Source: Vicinamibacterales bacterium (GTDB lineage Bacteria; Acidobacteriota; Vicinamibacteria; Vicinamibacterales; UBA8438). Taken from it: a stretch of 64,000 nt of DNA. Position numbers and translations under genes: made by a program. The stretch spans positions 64,993 to 128,992 of the forward strand of contig OZ252008.1 in NCBI GenBank assembly GCA_965246995.1. The letters are read 5' to 3'. Numbering within the stretch: the stretch's first letter is position 1; each line of letters starts with the position of its first letter. The notes below the pieces were generated by a model, which ran no database searches, had not been told where the DNA came from, and saw only the letters and a list, made by a program, of their open reading frames with translations. Below are positions 18,090-26,668 of this stretch, piece by piece.

Positions 18090-20198
18090 CTAGGGGCGCG
18101 GGCGAGGCCCGTAGTGCGGTGCGGCGCCGCCGACCTCCAGCGCCCCGAGGTCGGGCGCGCTCCCGGTGAAGCCATCGGTCACCGTCGGCAGCACCAGCCC
18201 CTGGTCGACGGCGGCCGAGCCGGGCCTCAGGCGAAAATCGAGATCGTCCGCATCGTAGAGGTCCTGCAGAGTGCTCACGTTCCGGGCATCGAGCGCGGGG
18301 ACGTTCACGAACACGTCGTATCCCACCTGAACACTGTTCCGGTCCTGCCCGGTCGCCTCACTGTAGTCCTCGAGCGTCGCGAACTCTCGCACCTCGAGCG
18401 TCGGGTTGTGATTCGGGGCCCGGAAGTCGGCGACCACGTCGAACGGCGGACTCTCCCATCGAAATGGCATGCTCATGCCCGGCGCGGGTCCGAAGCCGTT
18501 GTAGTCCGACGAGGTGTAGTTCGTGAACGTCGTGATCCCGAACAGGTTCGGACGCAGTCGTCGAAAGTCGGACGGCGCGTTCTGCCCCAGAATCAGATTG
18601 TTGCGCCAATGCGTGTTCGACGTGGTCCCGGTGGTCTCGGACAGGATGGTGTTGTTGTAGAAGACGACGCCGGCGGCGCCAAAGAAGCGGCTCGAGCCCC
18701 CCGGGAGGTTGTAGGCGATGTTCCGAATCCAGTAGACGGGTCCGCCGAGCACCGGTTGACTGCAGAACGCGTGCGACGGGTGGTTGATGAGCAAGTTCCG
18801 GAGCACGCGCACATTGTGCAGGCTCCCGTCGGTCTCGATCGGGTTGTCGTGGGAGTTGGTGATGGTGTTGTTGTAGAAGTCGATTGCGACGGGCCGCCGG
18901 TCCCAGAACTCGCGAGGCGGGTACTTGGGACCGTCGGGTATCCCGGGTCCGGACGCGACGCTGCCGTCGGGATTCCCATAGGTCTCCACGTTGATCCCGT
19001 CGTGGAAGTCCGCGATGTAGTTGTAGGCCACGACATGACCGGGGCCATAGAGCTTTACCGCCACATAGGAGGCCATGACGGGGGGATGGACCTGACCGTC
19101 GACGCCGTCGAACCTCCCCCACAGTGGAGCGTCGCTCCATCCGATCAGACGCTCGGGGTCGTTCCGGCCGTAGAACCCGTTGTCGGCGATGTAGAAATTG
19201 CTGGAACCCGCATAGTTGGTGAAGACACCGACGCCCACATCCTCGAAACGGGAGTGCTTGACCGTGAGCCCCTTCGCCCCGGCGATGAACTGCTCGCCGG
19301 CCAGGATGGCGAACTCGGTGTTGCGAAACGTGATGCCCTCGAAATAGGTGTAGTCGGCCGCCATGACGTTGAAGAGGGCGAAGTTGCCGTCGCCGTCGAA
19401 GACGACCTCGCCATCACCGGCGGCCTTGATGGCAATCGGCCGCTCGGGCGTGCCGTCGGCCGTCAGGTAGTACGTGCCCTCGAACGGAAAGGCGCGGTTG
19501 GCTCCGCCGTACTCGAGGTGGTTGTATCGGTAGAGGCCGGCGTGCACGAGCAGGGTGTCCCCGGCGCGCACCCGGGGACGCCCGGCTGTGGCGAAGTCCC
19601 CACCACCGCATGAGGAGTTGTACGCACATATCAACCCCTCGAACGACGGCTCGATCTTCGTGCCCTCGAAGCCATGGGGATAGACGTGCAGCACCCTCCC
19701 CTCCGCGTAAGGCACCGGCTCGGCACGCGTCCGCACGGTCACGGTCTTGCTGGCCTCGCCGATCACGCCATCGGGATCGGTCATCACGAACCGCGCCTCG
19801 TACGCCGTGTCGGGCTCCAGGTCGATGATGCTTCCGGCAAACATGTTCGGCGCGACGACGTCGAACTGCGCTCCCACGAATACCCGCTCACCCTGGAGCC
19901 GCAGGAGCGGGAGCGCCGGCGACCACGCCGTCTCGCCCTGCCGGCGATACGAGACCTCCACCGCGGCGTTGCGGTTGTCGTCACCCTGGATGAACCACTC
20001 GAAGCCGAGGTTGATCAGCGTCGGCGGCTCGATCAGGAACTCGCCCGTCGAGACCGCGTTCGCTGGTGTATCTCCCCGTTGCGCCAGGACGACGGTGCCG
20101 CCGCCATGGTGTGACGTGCCGATCAGGCACACGCCGAACGCCACGATGCGCACGAGTTGACCGACCCTCTCACTCATGGAGGCATCATGATGGGCCAT
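18090..20198 (-). CDS. Secreted right-handed parallel beta-helix repeat protein (pectate-lyase fold)
   Basis: 702 aa with an N-terminal hydrophobic leader. It has repeated beta-helix style blocks (FRNTEFAIL, VKHSRFEDVGVGVF, NFYIADNGFYG, IDFYNNTITNSHDNPIETD, VRVLRNLLINH, VVFYNNTIL, HWRNNLILG). The C-terminal ...APDLGALEVGG is typical of this family. The stop codon TAG is part of the CTAG used by the IS630 insertion. Confidence 0.7.
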   Translation of the reverse strand: MAHHDASMSERVGQLVRIVAFGVCLIGTSHHGGGTVVLAQRGDTPANAVSTGEFLIEPPTLINLGFEWFIQGDDNRNAAVEVSYRRQGETAWSPALPLLRLQGERVFVGAQFDVVAPNMFAGSIIDLEPDTAYEARFVMTDPDGVIGEASKTVTVRTRAEPVPYAEGRVLHVYPHGFEGTKIEPSFEGLICAYNSSCGGGDFATAGRPRVRAGDTLLVHAGLYRYNHLEYGGANRAFPFEGTYYLTADGTPERPIAIKAAGDGEVVFDGDGNFALFNVMAADYTYFEGITFRNTEFAILAGEQFIAGAKGLTVKHSRFEDVGVGVFTNYAGSSNFYIADNGFYGRNDPERLIGWSDAPLWGRFDGVDGQVHPPVMASYVAVKLYGPGHVVAYNYIADFHDGINVETYGNPDGSVASGPGIPDGPKYPPREFWDRRPVAIDFYNNTITNSHDNPIETDGSLHNVRVLRNLLINHPSHAFCSQPVLGGPVYWIRNIAYNLPGGSSRFFGAAGVVFYNNTILSETTGTTSNTHWRNNLILGQNAPSDFRRLRPNLFGITTFTNYTSSDYNGFGPAPGMSMPFRWESPPFDVVADFRAPNHNPTLEVREFATLEDYSEATGQDRNSVQVGYDVFVNVPALDARNVSTLQDLYDADDLDFRLRPGSAAVDQGLVLPTVTDGFTGSAPDLGALEVGGAAPHYGPRPRP

Positions 20199-20608
20199 TC
20201 TGGCGACGTCAATATGCCCGGTGCCGCCGCGGTCCTCCCATTCGGTCTACGGGACCGGCAGCGTGTAGATAGGGATACAGTGACGAGAATGATTACGGAC
20301 CTGCGGGCGGCAGATTTCTCGGTGACCGTCGAAGGGGAGCCGCGCGCCGACTCGCCGTCCCTCTGGGAGCGCACCGAGGTCGAGGTGGACGTGATGGACG
20401 GCGCGACCGGGCCGGTCCTGGCACGGGGGGCGGCCATGTTGGAGGGCCCGGACGGCGCCCCGCGCCGCCGGGTCACGGCAGTCGTGGCGCTGCCCCATCT
20501 GCCGCCGGGGCGGTACGTGGCGCGCGCCCGCGTAATGCACGACGCCACGGAAGTGGCTCAGGTTCGCCGGCCGTTCCGGGTCACCGCGTCTCCTGCCCGG
20601 TAGCACTC

Positions 20609-22039
20609 ATGGGGCGCCATTTCTTTTCGGCCCTTCGCACGCTCGGGGCGCCGGTCCTCCTGCTGCTGGCGGCCCCGGTCGCGAGCGCCCAGACGAGCAA
20701 CGATCCGTTCGGCGAGCCGATACCGGCGGTTGACGGCGTCATTCGCGTTGGCGCCGTCGAGTTCGCCGCACTGCCGGACGTCGGTGGCGAGGCGGCGCGC
20801 ATGATGCGGCTGGTCGATGAGCCGGGCACCGGCCGCCTGTTCGTCAACGACATGCGCGGCATCGTTTACACCGTCAGCTACGACGGCCGGACCGTCACGC
20901 CGTATCTCGATCTCACCGCCACGCGCTGGGCGCTCCAAATCGAGGCGTCCGGCCGCGAGCGCGGTTTCCAGAGCTTCGCCCTCCATCCGCAGTTCGGCGA
21001 GGCCGGGGCGCCGGGGTACGGCAAGCTCTACGCCTACACCGATTCGAACAACACCGCGCCACCGGCCGACTTCGTGTCTGGCGGTGGGAGCGACGCGCAC
21101 GACACGCTGCTGCTGGAGTGGACAGCCGGGGATCCTGCGTCCACGGTCTATGACGGCGGCCCGCCGCGCGAGCTGATGCGGGTCGAGCAGCCGTTCGGCA
21201 ACCACAACGGCGGGCAGCTCGGCTTCAACCCCCTCGCGGCCCCCGGCGATCCCGACTTCGGCCTCCTCTACATCGGGTCGGCGGACGGCGGGAGCGGCGG
21301 CGACCCGCTCGACCTTGCGCAGAACCTTGGCTCGATCTTCGGCAAGATCCTGCGCATCGATCCGCTCGGCTCCAACAGCGCCAACGGCCGGTACGGCATC
21401 CCCGCGGACAATCCGTTTGCGGGCGACGGCGACGCCGGCACGCTCGGCGAGATCTACGCCTACGGCGTGCGCAACCCGCAGCGCTTCGCCTGGGATGTCC
21501 AGAACGGCAACCTGTTTGTGGCCGACATCGGCCAGAACATCGTCGAGGAGATGAGCCTCGTTACGTCAGGCGCCAACCTCGGCTGGAACGACTGGGAGGG
21601 AAGCTTCCGGTTCATCAGCCGTCGCGAGGTCAGTCTGGTCGACCCCCGCGGTGAGGCCGGTCTCAGTTACCCCGTCGCCGAGTACGGACAACTGGATCCG
21701 CTCCTGCAGCCGCGCTCGGCCGCAACCGGCCTCGTCGTCTACCGCGACGACGCGATCCCGCAACTGACGAACCTGGTGCTGTTCGGCGACAGCCCGAGCG
21801 GGGAGATCTTCTACGTTGACGCCGACGATCTGCCCGACGGAGGCCAGGAGTCGATTCGCCGGGTGCTGCTCCACCGCCAGGGCGACACGAAGACGTTGCT
21901 CCAGGTGATTCAGGAAAAGAACGTGGCCCAGGGGCGGACGCCCACCGACCGGGCCGACCTGCGCTTTGGGTACGGTCCCGACGGTCAGGTCTTCCTGCTG
22001 AACAAGCACGACGGCGTGATCAGGCGCCTCGTGCCGTAG
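20609..22039 (+). CDS. PQQ-dependent sugar dehydrogenase (soluble glucose/sorbosone dehydrogenase family, six-bladed propeller)
   Basis: A signal peptide is followed by GFQSFALHPQF, EQPFGNHNGGQLGFNP, LLYIGSADGG, GKILRIDP, GIPADNPF, EIYAYGVRNPQRFAWD and LFVADIGQNIVEE. These are the hallmark blocks of the sGDH/GSDH family. Confidence 0.8.
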   Translation: MGRHFFSALRTLGAPVLLLLAAPVASAQTSNDPFGEPIPAVDGVIRVGAVEFAALPDVGGEAARMMRLVDEPGTGRLFVNDMRGIVYTVSYDGRTVTPYLDLTATRWALQIEASGRERGFQSFALHPQFGEAGAPGYGKLYAYTDSNNTAPPADFVSGGGSDAHDTLLLEWTAGDPASTVYDGGPPRELMRVEQPFGNHNGGQLGFNPLAAPGDPDFGLLYIGSADGGSGGDPLDLAQNLGSIFGKILRIDPLGSNSANGRYGIPADNPFAGDGDAGTLGEIYAYGVRNPQRFAWDVQNGNLFVADIGQNIVEEMSLVTSGANLGWNDWEGSFRFISRREVSLVDPRGEAGLSYPVAEYGQLDPLLQPRSAATGLVVYRDDAIPQLTNLVLFGDSPSGEIFYVDADDLPDGGQESIRRVLLHRQGDTKTLLQVIQEKNVAQGRTPTDRADLRFGYGPDGQVFLLNKHDGVIRRLVP

Positions 22040-22193
22040 CCGCACCGGGGGAGGTCGCCGGCTGATCGGCGGGATGCAGCGCCGCCGACCATCGAACCCC
22101 GTTTCGGGCTAACATCCGACCTTCGGCCGAGCGGGTACGGCGGTGGAGCCGAGAACCCGGTTCACTAAACGCGGGGTCGATGGGAGAGAAGCC

Positions 22194-23357
22194 ATGTCAT
22201 CGTCACGATATCTGATGTCCACGTTGTTGGCCTGCGTTGCGCTCGTACTTGGCGGGTGCGCCGCCGAGCCCGAGGCGCCGACCGAAACCGCTCCGCCCCC
22301 CCCACCGGGCAACACGATCACGGGTGAGGGTCTGCCGAACCCGACCGCGACCGTGATGGCGAACTGGGGCGACCTGCCGGAAGGTCGAGAGTGGGGGTCG
22401 ACCGCCGGCATCGATATCGACCCGAACGACGGCCAGATCTGGGCATACGAGCGCTGCGGCGCCGGCACCTTCGGGAGCGGCGTGCCAATCAACTGCGACT
22501 CCAACCCCGTCGACCCGATCTTCAAGTTCGACCGCAACACCGGGGAGGTGCTGGCGAACTTCGGGGGCGGCGTTATGGTCACGCCGCACGGTATCCACTT
22601 GGATGCCGACGGCAACGTCTGGGTGACCGACTTCGCGGGGAATCAGGAGGGGACCAAGGGGCATCAGGTCCACAAGTTCAGCCCCGAGGGCGAGCTGCTG
22701 ATGAGCCTCGGCACGGCGGGCCAGCCGGGCAGCGGCCCGAATCAGTTGAACCAGCCGAACGACGTGGTCACCGGGCCGGACGGCAGCATCTATGTCGCGG
22801 ACGGCCACGGCGGCCAGGGCATGACCACCGCACAAGCGATAGCGGCGGGACTCGAGTCGGGCGCCACCGGACGCATCCTGAAGTTCGACGCCGATGGCAC
22901 GTTCGTCAAGGAGTGGGGACAGATCGGCACGCTGCACGGCGAGTTCCGCACACCCCACGCGTTGGCGTTCGATTCGCAGGGCCGCCTCTTCGTCGCAGAT
23001 CGCGGCAACCATCGCATTGAGATCTTCGACCAGGACGGCAACTATCTCGACTCCCGCTACTCCTACGGGCGCATCAGCGGCATCTTCATCACCGCGGACG
23101 ACATGCTGTACGCGATCGACTCGGAATCGAGCCCGACCAGCCATCCGAACTGGGTGAACGGCGTGCGCATAGGGCATGTGGACGAGGATCGCATCACGGG
23201 CTACATCCCGCCGTTCGATGCGGACACGCGGCCGTACCAGGGCGCTGCTGGCGAAGGTGTCGCGGTCGACGCAGACGGCAGCGTGTTCGCTGCCGAGGGA
23301 CCAAACTCACTCCGGTTTGCGGGTGGAGCGTTCACGAAGTACGCGGTCGCTCAATAG
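22194..23357 (+). CDS. NHL-repeat beta-propeller lipoprotein
   Basis: ATG at 22194 gives MSSSRYLMSTLLACVALVLGGC (lipobox). NHL-type repeats follow: PHGIHLDADGNVWVTD, NQPNDVVTGPDGSIYVADGHG, FRTPHALAFDSQGRLFVADRGNHRIEIFD, ISGIFITADDMLYAID. Confidence 0.7.
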   Translation: MSSSRYLMSTLLACVALVLGGCAAEPEAPTETAPPPPPGNTITGEGLPNPTATVMANWGDLPEGREWGSTAGIDIDPNDGQIWAYERCGAGTFGSGVPINCDSNPVDPIFKFDRNTGEVLANFGGGVMVTPHGIHLDADGNVWVTDFAGNQEGTKGHQVHKFSPEGELLMSLGTAGQPGSGPNQLNQPNDVVTGPDGSIYVADGHGGQGMTTAQAIAAGLESGATGRILKFDADGTFVKEWGQIGTLHGEFRTPHALAFDSQGRLFVADRGNHRIEIFDQDGNYLDSRYSYGRISGIFITADDMLYAIDSESSPTSHPNWVNGVRIGHVDEDRITGYIPPFDADTRPYQGAAGEGVAVDADGSVFAAEGPNSLRFAGGAFTKYAVAQ

Positions 23358-23369
23358 CAGGGAGTGGAG

Positions 23370-23554
23370 CCCCTAAGTACTCTCGCCGATCGCCTCCGCA
23401 ACTTCGAGACCCACTTCGCGAAAACCAGCAAACCGTTCGAATGGACCTTCACCCGCGACGATTTGACCAAACTCCTCAAGAAACTCGACGCACCGTCCCT
23501 TGCCGATGCCGCGTGAATACGTTGCCGAACTTATGACCCAGCGGTACTAAGGGG
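23370..23554 (+). mobile_element. IS630-family remnant: last ~45 codons of a transposase plus right terminus
   Basis: In-frame ...LADRLRNFETHFAKTSKPFEWTFTRDDLTKLLKKLDAPSLADAA-stop is the typical IS630 transposase C-terminus (PF.W motif). It is followed by ~30 nt and a TA junction at 23548-23549. An 11-nt imperfect inverted repeat, cccctaagtac (23370-23380) and gtactaagggg (23544-23554), brackets it. Confidence 0.6.
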
Positions 23555-25316
23555 CGCCCGCGTCGGCAGCGAGGCAAGCTCCACGTTCGGGAAGTTCCCA
23601 GCGCGGTGGAGTCGCGAAGTCGGCGGCGTTGAGCCGTCCACCGCGGGCGGTGAGCCAACTGGCGACGGCCTCCCGGACGAGCGGCGCCGACGCTAGCGCG
23701 GCCTTCGGCCGCGCGACGATGGAGTCGCGTGCGGCACGCGCCGCGAAGAAGTCCGTGGTCGCCACGGCAAGGGTTTCGTCCGGGTCGATCGTCATTCCCG
23801 ATGGCCGGACGATCTCGAGTTGCCGGCGACCCCCCGGGCATGCCACCCGCACGCGGATACCCGACACGCTCGGGATTCCTCGCCGGCTGCGGGCCAGTTC
23901 GCGCGTCAACTCGCCAGCCAGGGCTCGTTGCACCTGTGCCCCGGTCATCGTCAGCTCGACGATACGATTGTCGAAGGCGAACACGTCGTAGAGGGGTCCA
24001 CGGGTGAGAGCTCCAGCCGGCAGCCCCGCGCGCAGCCCCGCACGCCTGCCACCCATGCCGATCGCCAGATCCGCGCCCGGCACGGCGGCCAGGAGGGCAT
24101 CCGCGAAGAGGTTGCCCAGCGGCGATTCGATGCCGTCAGGGTTCCGCGGGAGAGGTGTCTCCAGAGTGACGCCGAGCGGCTCGGCGCGCCAGCGGTTCAC
24201 GCGCTCGAGCTCCGGTTGCATCGCGGCGACGATCGACGCGTCGGGCCGGACCGGCGCAGCTTCGTAGGTCGCCGGCGTGGCCCCGCCGCCGGTCGCGCAG
24301 GACCACCCGTCCGGGGCGACGGCGGCACAGACCGTCTGGGGCGGAAAGAGTCGAGCCGCCACGACCCCGGCGCCGCGCTCGACGGTCAGATCGACGCGAG
24401 CGAACGCGCTTCCCCGCGAATAGGCCTGGACAATCGGGATGCCGGCCACCTCGTGCGCCAGCGCCCGGTGGGTGTGTCCGGCGACGATCGCATCGACGAG
24501 ACCAGACGGTAACTGCCGGGCCAGTTCGAAGATCTCGGCATCGTCGTCGCACGACGACAGGTCAGTGGGATCGTCAAACCGAAAGCACGCGCCGCCGGCG
24601 TGCGCGAGAACCAGCACGAGGTCGGCGCCGCGCCGGCGCAGACGCCGCGCCTCGTTCTCGACGGTGAGTGCGAGCGCCGTCGTGTCGAGCCCCTGGACGT
24701 TGGCGGCGAGCGCCCTCGTGAGCCCCTCGCGGGTCATGACGCCGACGATGCCCACCCGCAGGCCCGCCGCGTCGACGAGCGTGGACGGCCGGACGTTCGG
24801 CCATTCGAGCGGGCGTCGGGTCGACGTGTCGATCACGTTCGCCGCCAGAAACGGAAACCGTCCGCGGGCGGCCGCGGCCTTGAGCGCACCGCGCATGTCG
24901 GGCGTCCCGCTGTCCCCGGGCGCGGTGTCGATGGCCCCGTAATCGAACTCGTGGTTCCCGATGGCGAGCGCGTCGTAGCCGAGCGCGTTGTAGGCATCGA
25001 CGACGAGGGCTCCTTCCGAGAGATTGGAGGAGACCCCGCCCTCGAAGGTGTCGCCCGCGTCCAGCAGCAGCACCGCGCCGCCGTCGGCCGCTCTCGCCGC
25101 GCGCAGGTTGCGCAGATACCCGCCCAGCAGCGCGAGGCCTCCCTGCCCATCGTTGGGGAACACGCGGCCGTGCAGGTCCGTGGTGCCGACGATGGAAAGC
25201 GTCACGCGTGCCGTCGCGCCGCCCGGATCGGCGGGGGGAGCCTGCGTCGTCCCGACCGACCCCGCGAGAGAAACGGAGGCCGCGACGAGCGCAGCCGAGG
25301 CCCAGGTGTTCGTCAC
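23547..25316 (-). CDS. Bifunctional metallophosphatase / 5'-nucleotidase (UshA family), secreted
   Basis: A signal peptide is followed by metallophosphoesterase motifs (IVGTTDLHGRV, LLLDAGDTFEG, AIGNHEFDYG, LAHAG, AGHTH) and a C-terminal 5'-nucleotidase domain. Confidence 0.8.
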   Translation of the reverse strand: MTNTWASAALVAASVSLAGSVGTTQAPPADPGGATARVTLSIVGTTDLHGRVFPNDGQGGLALLGGYLRNLRAARAADGGAVLLLDAGDTFEGGVSSNLSEGALVVDAYNALGYDALAIGNHEFDYGAIDTAPGDSGTPDMRGALKAAAARGRFPFLAANVIDTSTRRPLEWPNVRPSTLVDAAGLRVGIVGVMTREGLTRALAANVQGLDTTALALTVENEARRLRRRGADLVLVLAHAGGACFRFDDPTDLSSCDDDAEIFELARQLPSGLVDAIVAGHTHRALAHEVAGIPIVQAYSRGSAFARVDLTVERGAGVVAARLFPPQTVCAAVAPDGWSCATGGGATPATYEAAPVRPDASIVAAMQPELERVNRWRAEPLGVTLETPLPRNPDGIESPLGNLFADALLAAVPGADLAIGMGGRRAGLRAGLPAGALTRGPLYDVFAFDNRIVELTMTGAQVQRALAGELTRELARSRRGIPSVSGIRVRVACPGGRRQLEIVRPSGMTIDPDETLAVATTDFFAARAARDSIVARPKAALASAPLVREAVASWLTARGGRLNAADFATPPRWELPERGACLAADAGAP

Positions 25317-26587
25317 CTCTGCCCAGGCGCAACCATCCTGGTGACGCGGCCGACGCTCGTGTCGCCTGCATACAGGTTGTCGTGCCTGTCCATGGCCCAG
25401 TAGCCGGCTTCAGTGAACTGGCCCGTCCCTATCCCCATGCCGTTACCGATCGCGCCGAGCACCTTGCCGGTCGGGTCCAGCTTGAGGAACTGGCCATCCT
25501 GACCGCTTGCCATCCATGGCCGGCCGTGCGAGTCGAAGTAGAGGGCGCACGGGAGGTTTCTCATCTGCAGCGTCCTGAGGAACGTGCCGTCGGCCGTATA
25601 GATGACGATGCGATAGTCCTCGCGGTCGCCGATCCAGACATCGCCGTTCGCGGGATCGACGGCGAGCCCGTGGGCCGAGTTGAATTTCCCCGGACCGACC
25701 TCGTTGCCGAACCATTGGTTGATGTAATTGCCGTCGCTGTCTACGTGCAGGATCCGCGAGGCGCCGATACTGTTGGCCGGATCGTCGCTATCGGTGTCGT
25801 TGGGGCTCTCGTTGCCATGCCCCTGGGCGATATAGACATCGCCGTTTGGCCCGAAGGCGACCATGACCGGCTGCCAGAGCAGCCTCTGTCCCCTGGCTTC
25901 GTCCCAGTCCCCCCGGCGTCCGGCCTCGCCGAGCGTCAGGAGAAGCTCGCCCTCGGGACTGAGCTTCATCACGGTGGCGCCGTGCGTGGCGGTGATCCAG
26001 ACATTGTCCTCCGCATCGACTGCCATGCCGTGCGCCTTGTCCTGATAGCCGATTACGTCCGGGCCGACCTCGAGGACGAGGTTGTAGTCCGGATCGAACT
26101 TGAAGAGCTGCGGTTTCCCGGCTGGTGCGCGCTGAAAGACCCAGAGGTGGTCCTTCGAATCGAGGGCCACCGCCGAAACGCCGCCGAAGCCGGCGGGCAG
26201 CTCGTAGGGATACGTGAAGGTGTAGCCCAGCGTCTGTTCCCACTGCACGCGCTGCAACGACTGGCGGGTGCGGCCATCCCGCCTGCCGCAGATAGGCGAG
26301 CGCCTGCAGCCGGGTGTCTCTCCGGCGGTGGTGCTGTAACCTCCGGCTTCGCCGCGGGGGACCGTCGTGACCTGTCCATCCCGATCGACAACCGTCCGTC
26401 CCCCGGGGTCAGGGAACGATCCCTGCATAAACCACGCCGGCGACCCGTCGACGGCCGAACCCTCTGAGGGCGGACCCTCCGAGGGCGGACCCTTTGAGGG
26501 CGGCCGTGTCTGAGCGAGCGCCGGCATCCCGGCGAGCATCAGGCCGAGAGTGACGACGGCGACACCGGTGAAATCGTTTTTCTTCAT
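25313..26587 (-). CDS. Secreted NHL-repeat beta-propeller protein
   Basis: The signal peptide is MKKNDFTGVAVVTLGLMLAGMPALAQ, followed by a short PPS(K/E)G repeat. NHL-like blades include VSAVALDSKDHLWVF, AHGMAVDAEDNVWITA, VAFGPNGDVYIAQGHG and AHGLAVDPANGDVWIGDREDYRIVIY. Its stop overlaps the 5'-nucleotidase start by 4 nt (operon). Confidence 0.7.
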   Translation of the reverse strand: MKKNDFTGVAVVTLGLMLAGMPALAQTRPPSKGPPSEGPPSEGSAVDGSPAWFMQGSFPDPGGRTVVDRDGQVTTVPRGEAGGYSTTAGETPGCRRSPICGRRDGRTRQSLQRVQWEQTLGYTFTYPYELPAGFGGVSAVALDSKDHLWVFQRAPAGKPQLFKFDPDYNLVLEVGPDVIGYQDKAHGMAVDAEDNVWITATHGATVMKLSPEGELLLTLGEAGRRGDWDEARGQRLLWQPVMVAFGPNGDVYIAQGHGNESPNDTDSDDPANSIGASRILHVDSDGNYINQWFGNEVGPGKFNSAHGLAVDPANGDVWIGDREDYRIVIYTADGTFLRTLQMRNLPCALYFDSHGRPWMASGQDGQFLKLDPTGKVLGAIGNGMGIGTGQFTEAGYWAMDRHDNLYAGDTSVGRVTRMVAPGQR

Positions 26588-26668
26588 CAGGCCTCCAGGA
26601 CTCCGTGGGTGTCATTCCTACCCGCGCCGCAGCCGAGCTGCGCGGCGCGGGTACACCGCCGGTCGCCG

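Larger units (their letters stand above)
16870..18093 (-). mobile_element. IS630-family insertion sequence, apparently intact, flanked by TA duplication in a CTAG target
   Basis: The junctions are c-TA-gtgtcctgtca (16869...) and tgacgtgacac-TA-g (...18094). The terminal inverted repeats are gtgtcCTgtca and gtgtcACgtca. Removing the element reconstitutes CTAG, the reported IS630 target. Confidence 0.85.

Noticed and set aside
20157-20603. 148-aa ORF between the beta-helix gene and the sGDH gene (…LPHLPPGRYVARARVMHDATEVAQVRRPFRV…).
   Set aside because: Its 5' part overlaps the start region of the beta-helix gene, it has no convincing RBS or N-terminus, and only the C-terminal ~60 residues look protein-like (reminiscent of the tail of VWA-type proteins). 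It may be a gene remnant, but there is not enough evidence to annotate it.
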